Source: Microcystis aeruginosa NIES-843 (GTDB lineage: Bacteria; Cyanobacteriota; Cyanobacteriia; Cyanobacteriales; Microcystaceae). From it: a stretch of 32,000 bases of DNA. The first letter of the stretch is position 1; each line of letters begins with the position of its first letter. Location of the stretch: positions 450,001 to 482,000 of the forward strand of contig NC_010296.1 in assembly GCF_000010625.1 (NCBI RefSeq), given 5' to 3'. Positions 25,798 to 32,000 of this stretch are shown here, piece by piece. The position numbers and the translations under genes were made by a program. The notes below the pieces were generated by a model. The model was not told the origin of the DNA and did not search any database. It saw nothing but the letters and a program-made list of their open reading frames with translations.

Positions 25798-27087
25798 AAC
25801 TAAATCATCTAACTCTTGGTAATCGGGGAGAGTAGTATCGATGCTCAACCCGCGCCGAATCACGAGGCGATCCCACTGTGGTCGCGATAATAGCTCGCTA
25901 AAGTATCGCGCCTTGAAAATTAACAAATTTGCCTCTAGACCCGTCTTAATGCGCCCTAAATGGGGCAATCCGAGCAGATTTGCTGGGGTGAGGGTGACAC
26001 TATTTACCCAGTCAGCGTAGGGTGTGTCGAGATGAGCAATCCGCACCGCTTGGGTAAAGACTTCTAAACCATCGTGATCCCCAAAACCATAAAAGGGATC
26101 GCGACAGTTATCACTGGCAAAAGCCACCGGAATTCCCGCTTTTTTCATCTCTTTTACCTTAGTTGTCCCGCGCCAAAAGGGGGTTTTTTCCTCTTGACGA
26201 TCCTGTAGGTAGAGATTGCACATCGGCAAGCTAACGATAGCAATGCCCGCATTTTTGACTAAATTTAGGGTTTCTTGGATTATTTCAGGGGATTGTACCG
26301 CTAAACTGCAACAGTGACCACAGATGATTTGTCCGTCAAATTGCTCTTTGATAGCAGTACGCGCGATCGCTGCTAAACAGGTAGAATCGGGATCGCCGTT
26401 TTCATCCAGATGAAAATCGAGATTTAAACCCCTTTCTTGGGCTAATTTGAAGGTAATATCAATTTGTGCCTGTAAATCTGGATTTGTGTAGGCTACTCCC
26501 CCTAATATGCCCCCAAATTCGGCAATTTTATCGGCTAAGGCCGCTCCCTCGGAGGTTTGATAGTAGTCAAGGGAAACTAGAGAAACCGCTTGCAGGGTGA
26601 TTTTACCGGCCCATTGTCGTTGCAATTCTGCCAAAGCAGTTAAGCTAATCTGTGCCTGTTGACCAAAAGAGTCGATATGGGTGCGAATAGCGGCGGTTCC
26701 GTGGGCATAACTGCATTTAACGCCGAATTCCATGCGACGATACACATCCTCTAAGCGCCACTCCCGTCGGGAATCCTCTAGGGCCATTTTTAAGGCACTG
26801 TCAAAAGTGCCATCATGGTTAGGACAACGCTGCCAACTATGACCTTTATCGAGATGGGTGTGCATATCGACAAAGCAAGGAAAAACAATCTTTTTTTTGA
26901 GGTCAATAACGGGAATATTATCTTCGGGGGGGATTGTTGAGGTGATGCGATTAATGTTACCGTCATTAATTTCCAGATTAACTAAGGTTAATCCCTCGGA
27001 GGTTTGGGGAGAGAAACTCTCATTTTCTAGCAGGGAAACGGGAATATGAGCATTTTTGAGCCAGTAGCGCTCGCTTGAGGGAATCAT
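25774..27087 (-). CDS. Cytosine deaminase-like amidohydrolase
   Basis: FVDMHTHLDKG metal site, RTHID, DFHLDE, GHCCSL, FASDNCRDPFY. Colinear with the CodA family. ATG at 27087 preferred over the TTG at 27108. Confidence 0.75.
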   Translation of the reverse strand: MIPSSERYWLKNAHIPVSLLENESFSPQTSEGLTLVNLEINDGNINRITSTIPPEDNIPVIDLKKKIVFPCFVDMHTHLDKGHSWQRCPNHDGTFDSALKMALEDSRREWRLEDVYRRMEFGVKCSYAHGTAAIRTHIDSFGQQAQISLTALAELQRQWAGKITLQAVSLVSLDYYQTSEGAALADKIAEFGGILGGVAYTNPDLQAQIDITFKLAQERGLNLDFHLDENGDPDSTCLAAIARTAIKEQFDGQIICGHCCSLAVQSPEIIQETLNLVKNAGIAIVSLPMCNLYLQDRQEEKTPFWRGTTKVKEMKKAGIPVAFASDNCRDPFYGFGDHDGLEVFTQAVRIAHLDTPYADWVNSVTLTPANLLGLPHLGRIKTGLEANLLIFKARYFSELLSRPQWDRLVIRRGLSIDTTLPDYQELDDLVLGIDQIL

Positions 27088-27141
27088 AAGACCTCTGGTA
27101 AAAATCAAAAATTGTTGTTAGGGTTAGGAGTCGGTCGTCGG

Positions 27142-27505
27142 TGCATCTCACATTTGCAGGAATACCGACAATCAGCAATTATCAGTAACTCTTATAGCGG
27201 GTCTCACACCTGTGTGGCACAGTTAAACCTTTGCTAATTAAGCTTTTCAACATCGATAATGTACCTCTTGCGAACAGGAAACGCTATAGATAATTACAAA
27301 TGTATCAGCAGCTGCGTGTAAGCATCCCACCGAAAAACTAATGCGCGGGGGGTTTGGGGGCGGCGCCACGCTCCCAACGGGGGGTTTGGGGGGTAGAACC
27401 CCCCAAAAGCTTGGATTGAGTGATAAAATCGGAAGTAATGCCCGATCTTAGCCGAGAGTTTCCCCGTAAAAATCCCAATTGGTAGATGTACAAAAATGAG
27501 ATGCA
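27142..27505. mobile_element. Inverted-repeat-bounded 364-bp non-coding element (MITE-like)
   Basis: TGCATCTCACATTTG (27142-27156) faces CAAAAATGAGATGCA (27491-27505). TCGGTCGTCGG occurs on both outer sides. The interior carries G-tract repeats. Confidence 0.5.
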
Positions 27506-27607
27506 GCCTCGGTCGTCGGTCGTCAGGAAAATTAAGAATGAATAATAATCAATTATGCGGTATTAAGTAAGTAGTGTTAAATGGCATTAACAGTGCTATC
27601 TTTTCCC

Positions 27608-27654
27608 TGATTACTGATTACTGATTACTGATTACTGATTACTGATTACTGATA
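27608..27654. repeat. Heptamer tandem repeat (TGATTAC) x 6.7
   Basis: Perfect copies from 27608 to 27649 plus a partial unit. Overlaps the cofG stop codon (27646-27648). Confidence 0.95.
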
Positions 27655-28533
27655 AACCGGTAGGCGTGGCTTTAATTCCCAGCCATAAATTGCTAAAAAT
27701 TCCTTTAATTTATCGGGGTGTAAATGGAGGTAATCGGGATTAACTTCATCGATAAGGCCAATACCGCCTAAATCCCGCGCTCCTGCCGCTAAACAATCCA
27801 AGAGAAAAAGAGGATCGGGTACTAAATTCGGGGGAATTTGAATGACAATATCTGGGGGCAAAATTTCCCTGGCTTGCCTAACCAAATCGGGCAGTTTTTG
27901 CAGATCAAAAGGATTATTTTGCCACTGTTCTCTTTTGCCCGGATTGTAGGGTTGTAGGATCACTTCTTGAATATGTCCCCAACGTTGATGAATAGCGGCA
28001 ATAGTTTCTAAGGTTACTAAGCGATCGCATTCTGTTTCACCAATTCCTAATAATAACCCCGTGGTAAAAGGAATTCCTAATTCTCCCGCCCATTGTAACT
28101 GCTCTAAGCGCAGGGATGGCACTTTACTGGGGGCATGACGATGGACAGTATTTAATAAAGTCACCGTCATTTGTTCTAACATTATGCCCATAGATAGATT
28201 GACATTTTTCAGTTTTTCCATCTCGGCAAAAGTTAAAATCCCCGCATTGGTATGGGGATAAAAACCCATATTTAAAGCCAATGCTGCTAAATTATAAATA
28301 TGCCGAAACCATGACTCTCGATTGGCTGCTAAAGGATGAACTTCCCCGCTAAGAATTAAAATTTCCGTAATTTCCGAACCCTGCAAAGCAGTTAAAATCT
28401 CTTTGGCCTTGTCTAGACTTAACCAGCCATCAGTGCCTAAATCCCTGCGAAAATTACAATAACTGCAACGATTGAAACACTCGTAGGTAGGTACAAGGGT
28501 ATGAGAGGGACTATAGGTGACAATTCTTGACAT
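27646..28533 (-). CDS. cofG: 7,8-didemethyl-8-hydroxy-5-deazariboflavin (FO) synthase subunit CofG, radical SAM
   Basis: 295 aa. VTYSPSHTLVPTYECFNRCSYCNFR (CxxxCxxC). Overall CofG-like sequence. Confidence 0.8.
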   Translation of the reverse strand: MSRIVTYSPSHTLVPTYECFNRCSYCNFRRDLGTDGWLSLDKAKEILTALQGSEITEILILSGEVHPLAANRESWFRHIYNLAALALNMGFYPHTNAGILTFAEMEKLKNVNLSMGIMLEQMTVTLLNTVHRHAPSKVPSLRLEQLQWAGELGIPFTTGLLLGIGETECDRLVTLETIAAIHQRWGHIQEVILQPYNPGKREQWQNNPFDLQKLPDLVRQAREILPPDIVIQIPPNLVPDPLFLLDCLAAGARDLGGIGLIDEVNPDYLHLHPDKLKEFLAIYGWELKPRLPVYQ

Positions 28534-28645
28534 TTTTTTCGGAATTGGAGTTCATTACGAGCATTCAAGGGCGATAAAATTTGCTATCGTGGGAAGAATT
28601 GCTGTTTTATTCACTTAAAAACGCTCTCCCTTTTCGCTTCCTCCT

Positions 28646-30310
28646 ATGATTTTCGATCCTGCCAGTCTTCCCTCCCATCGTCAAACGATTCGCCCGATTA
28701 GCGCCACAGCCCTGCACGGAATTGTATTTCAAGATAACAAATTAATCGCTATCGACGCAAAAAACGGCTATTTATACCAAATTGCCCTCGATACTGGTCA
28801 TACAACCGTAATTAATTCCCATCGCTGGCAAGAATTCGTCGGGACGACGGGATTGGCAATCGATGATCAAAATCACCTCTGGTTTACTACCCGCGAAAAT
28901 CTCTACTGCTGCACTCTCGAAGATTTTACCCCGAAATTTTTTACCCGTCTTCCCTACACCGCTAACGGAGTCGCCGTAACTGGTAACACAATTTATGTCA
29001 CTTGTCAACGTTCTGGACAAATCTTTATATTTGATCGCCAATCGGGACAGGAGATTACTCGTTTGTACGCGCCTGGTATCGGCATCGAAAATATCACCAT
29101 TCGCGGGGAAGAACTTTGGTTAACGGATACCCTAGAACAAACGGTTTACTGTCTTGATCGCGCCACGGGAGAACAGCTTTTTAGCATGATAACTCCTTTT
29201 GAATCACCGACGGGATTAGCATTTTATCGCAATGCGAACAGTGGCAAGGATATCTTATATGTGGCCTATGCTTTCCAAGAACCCTTTATCCGCGATAATC
29301 CCAATTCCGAACAGGTTTACGAACTTAGTTATCGTCCGCGTACTTTTGTCCATCCTCTATATTTTCACTACGATCCCGCTAAAAAATACGCCCTTTCTAA
29401 TGGTTATCTGATTGAATTATCCTACGTCGAGGAATTGGAACCTCTATATAATATCGAACTAAAAGATGTGGAATGGCGCATCGCTTTACCCCTAGAAACA
29501 CCGCGGCAAAAAATTCGCAGCGTCGAAGCGGTGGGATTGCCTTTTACTGAAGAAATTCAAGACGGGCAGCGGGTGGCAGTATTTAAGTTCAAGCAAATAA
29601 CCGCCAAACAACGTCATATTTTTGGGTGGAAAGTAGTATTAGAAGTATGGGGAATTAAATACCAAATTACCCCCCAAGATTGCGAAGATTTACCCCCCTT
29701 ACCCGCCGATTTTCCCGATCGCTATTTGATCGATAATGATGATCTGGCCATGAATACAGAAATTATCCTCAATGCTGCCGAAGAAGCGATCGGTCGGGAA
29801 ACCAATCTCCTCCGAAAAGTTTATAGTATTCGTAACTACGTCTATGATCAGCTTTCCTACGGCATCAAACCCAACATCGACACCCCCGATATTGCTCTGC
29901 GGCGCGGAGTGGGTTCCTGTGGCGAATATGTGGGTTTATTATTGGCTTTGTGTCGTCTTAATGGTATTGCCTGTCGTACGGTAGGACGCTATAAATGCCC
30001 ACCCCATCCCCTCGAACGTAATTTACCCCTCGAACCAGATTACAATCACGTCTGGATGGAATTTTATCTCCCCTCTATCGGTTGGGTTCCCATGGAGTCC
30101 AATCCCGATGATATTTTTGAAGGTGGTCCCTATCCCAATCGTTTCTTTATGGGTTTAGCTTGGTATCACACGGAAATTGCCAAAGATATCCCCTTTGAAC
30201 GAATGCTAAGTGAAGGACAACCGGTGTTAAAAACCCAAGTTCCCATCGGCGATTTAGCGATTAATCACGTTCAATTCATCATTCTTGAGGAATTAGCCCC
30301 AAAAGACTAG
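28646..30310 (+). CDS. Transglutaminase-like domain protein with an N-terminal repeat (beta-propeller-like) region
   Basis: 554 aa. The C-terminal GVGSCGEYVGLLLALCRLNGIACRTVGRY...YNHVWMEFYLPSIGWVPMESNPDD forms a Cys-His-Asp/Glu transglutaminase core. Confidence 0.75.
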   Translation: MIFDPASLPSHRQTIRPISATALHGIVFQDNKLIAIDAKNGYLYQIALDTGHTTVINSHRWQEFVGTTGLAIDDQNHLWFTTRENLYCCTLEDFTPKFFTRLPYTANGVAVTGNTIYVTCQRSGQIFIFDRQSGQEITRLYAPGIGIENITIRGEELWLTDTLEQTVYCLDRATGEQLFSMITPFESPTGLAFYRNANSGKDILYVAYAFQEPFIRDNPNSEQVYELSYRPRTFVHPLYFHYDPAKKYALSNGYLIELSYVEELEPLYNIELKDVEWRIALPLETPRQKIRSVEAVGLPFTEEIQDGQRVAVFKFKQITAKQRHIFGWKVVLEVWGIKYQITPQDCEDLPPLPADFPDRYLIDNDDLAMNTEIILNAAEEAIGRETNLLRKVYSIRNYVYDQLSYGIKPNIDTPDIALRRGVGSCGEYVGLLLALCRLNGIACRTVGRYKCPPHPLERNLPLEPDYNHVWMEFYLPSIGWVPMESNPDDIFEGGPYPNRFFMGLAWYHTEIAKDIPFERMLSEGQPVLKTQVPIGDLAINHVQFIILEELAPKD

Positions 30311-30573
30311 AATTCTGAGCCATCATCTAGGATGCCCATTTCTCTATCTCTTTCTTCTTTGAGTTCTTTGACCATTTGCAAACCCGCACCCACACAGAAG
30401 CCCAGGGCTGCCCCGGCACCGGCAAAATAACGTCTATAGATGATTTGATAGTTATAGGGATTTCTATAGTTGACTTGGCTGGGATTGCGTTCAATGCGGC
30501 TAATGCCATAACCGATACCAGCACCAACTAAAGCCGTTACTAGGCCTGAAAATAGAACTAGACGAAGGTTCAT
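30307..30573 (-). CDS. Hypothetical small membrane protein (two glycine-rich TM segments)
   Basis: 88 aa. LVLFSGLVTALVGAGIGYGI and FAGAGAALGFCVGAGL segments, with an acidic tail. Confidence 0.5.
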   Translation of the reverse strand: MNLRLVLFSGLVTALVGAGIGYGISRIERNPSQVNYRNPYNYQIIYRRYFAGAGAALGFCVGAGLQMVKELKEERDREMGILDDGSEF

Positions 30574-30711
30574 GATCTTATCTCCCGATAGACTCTGACT
30601 TTAGATTATCGCTGAAAATTAGTTAATGGCAAGCTATCGCAATAATTTGTTAAGTAGTCGTGTCAAATCAATTTCCCTTGAGATGTGTAATTAATTTTGC
30701 TTAGGTACTTA

Positions 30712-31110
30712 TTAAGTAAATAAACTGGCATCAACCCGAAAATATGCTCCCAAAGACCTAGCTTCTGACTGATTGATGCTGCGTTGTCCATTAATTATTT
30801 GCTCCACCGCATCAGGGGAACCCAAAATAGTAATTAGCTCTGCATATTCTATATCATTAGCTTCTATAAGATGTTGTAAAGTCGCTAAAGGATTTATGTC
30901 AGGAATTGGATAATTATCCGCCTCGAACCTTTCGATCAAACTAATCAATAACTCCAGTAAAGCCTCCTCCTCTAAACTAAGTTCCGAGCGATGTTCCAAC
31001 TCTTGAGCAATTGCGATCGCTCGCTCGTTTTCCGCCTCTGTGGTGATTGCTTTTGGTTGATAGTGAGCGAGTAATTCTCCATAGGTTTTAGAATTAAAAG
31101 TAAGCATCAT
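30712..31110 (-). CDS. higA: HigA-type HTH antitoxin (COG5499-like)
   Basis: 132 aa. Has the pattern typical of antitoxins paired with HigB (ENERAIAIAQEL...LLELLISLIERFE...INGQRSINQSEARSLGAYF). Overlaps higB by 17 nt. Confidence 0.7.
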   Translation of the reverse strand: MMLTFNSKTYGELLAHYQPKAITTEAENERAIAIAQELEHRSELSLEEEALLELLISLIERFEADNYPIPDINPLATLQHLIEANDIEYAELITILGSPDAVEQIINGQRSINQSEARSLGAYFRVDASLFT

Positions 31111-31482
31111 TTTTCCAATTTTCTTTATCGTACTCGGCGTGGGTAAGAATATATTTAATATAGATAGTCTGTCGGTTATAAACTAGATCTACAATTAGAC
31201 GATAGTGATTTCCTTTAATGTTAAAAACAGTGAAATTACCAACAGATTCAGCACTTTTATAAGTGGCTTGCACATCGATTAGATTTTGCCATGCTGCTTT
31301 ACTAGCGACTCTATACCAATCATAGAGAGACTCGCAGGAATTAGCGTTGGTCATACAGAAATCGCGAAGTATTCGACGGCTAAGCTAAACGGCTTTTACT
31401 TCGGATCACCGATATAGACTCCAAAAGGGTTATAGCTGTTGGATCATGCAGGTTAAGCGCCGTTTAGCTTAATTACCCGCAT
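31094..31482 (-). pseudogene. higB: HigB-family (RelE-fold) toxin, disrupted after codon 4 by MITE-C
   Basis: Removing 31383-31469 plus one TA gives MRVI/SRRILRDFCMTNANSCESLYDWYRVASKAAWQNLIDVQATYKSAESVGNFTVFNIKGNHYRLIV...THAEYDK. This matches the HigB-toxin pattern. Confidence 0.75.
31383..31469 (-). mobile_element. MITE-C copy 2
   Basis: The reverse complement is identical to 2923-3009. TA at 31381-31382 and 31470-31471. Confidence 0.9.
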
Positions 31483-31726
31483 AATACAAATATACCTCTG
31501 GCAGTTTCTGTCAATAGCAATTATATCTCAATATCTAGGCTAACTCAAGCCGGCGGGCTGATTTGCTCACACTTTACATCCGGTAAAATGGTAGCACTTG
31601 GGGCTAGTGGGGACGTTTTCCCGCTTACCAATTCAGATAGGCTAAATTGAGAATATCAGGGGCATTGATGCCTAAAGGGAGAGAAAATGTATTAGGCTAA
31701 AAACTAAACTATTTTGGCAAGATTTC

Positions 31727-32000
31727 TTTGAAGACCTCCTCAGCCTACTTATTGGTTTTCCACGGTAGTCGCGATCCGCGTCCAGCCATGGCGGTGACAC
31801 GATTAGCAGCCTTAGTTCAAGAAAAAATCAGTCAACCCGCCGAAAGATTGGCGAGTAAATCGGAGTTTAGCCCATCTATAGCGGTTCTAGAAGCAGATAA
31901 TCGGGTATTAGTGGGGACTGCCGCCCTAGAATTAGCGATAACACCTCTCCATCAAGAAATAGAAGCTTTTGCCCAACAAGCACAAAGCCAAGGATGTAAC
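31727..32000 (+). CDS. cbiX: Sirohydrochlorin chelatase CbiX-like, 5' partial (runs off the window)
   Basis: Open frame from 31700. (L)KTSSAYLLVFHGSRDPRPAMAV... carries the CbiX/SirB LLVxHGSRDPR motif. The TTG start at 31727 is tentative. Confidence 0.55.

Noticed and set aside
31484-31726. Possible cobalamin riboswitch upstream of cbiX
   Set aside because: I could not find a convincing B12-box or the conserved core helices. Only a weak AAGCCGG-type resemblance exists, so the call is not supportable by eye.

Overview
Cyanobacterial chromosome segment. The clues are many HIP1 GCGATCGC sites, Uma2-family nuclease paralogues and a very high IS/MITE load; it looks Microcystis-like, but the taxon is inference. 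Zone 1 (1-12.8 kb): a Type I restriction-modification locus (hsdS, hsdR; hsdM presumably upstream of the window) has been dismantled by seven insertions. Two MITEs sit in hsdS. An 87-bp MITE and IS701-family, ISAzo13-like, IS630-family and IS1380-family elements sit in hsdR. Every junction except the last rejoins in frame. The IS1380 copy abuts the first of three tandem Uma2 (DUF820-type) nuclease genes, and that first copy is itself split by an IS1634-family element carrying a nested MITE. Zone 2 (12.8-19.3 kb): Uma2 copies 2 and 3 form a ~0.9-kb tandem unit. The C-terminal tails of the three copies carry 3, 2 and 6 units of a 21-nt ERQRAEx repeat. Housekeeping genes follow: gltA, a family-5 ABC substrate-binding lipoprotein and a GT1 glycosyltransferase. 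Zone 3 (19.3-23.6 kb): a small accessory islet. It holds a DUF433/DUF5615 toxin-antitoxin pair bracketed by 62-nt direct repeats, and a small-protein plus retropepsin-like protease pair split by a TnpB-only IS605-family element. It also holds a coiled-coil orphan and a ~90-aa stefin/cystatin-like (QVVAG) protein. These units are separated by four copies of a conserved structured repeat. Zone 4 (24-32 kb): ldh, DUF952, a cytosine-deaminase-like amidohydrolase, cofG, a transglutaminase-domain protein, a small membrane protein, higBA (higB killed by a second identical copy of the 87-bp MITE) and the start of cbiX. The spacers contain G/C-palindrome repeats, an inverted-repeat-bounded 364-bp element and a (TGATTAC)n array. 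No rRNA, tRNA or CRISPR array was seen. All family calls rest on motif recognition by eye; no searches were run.
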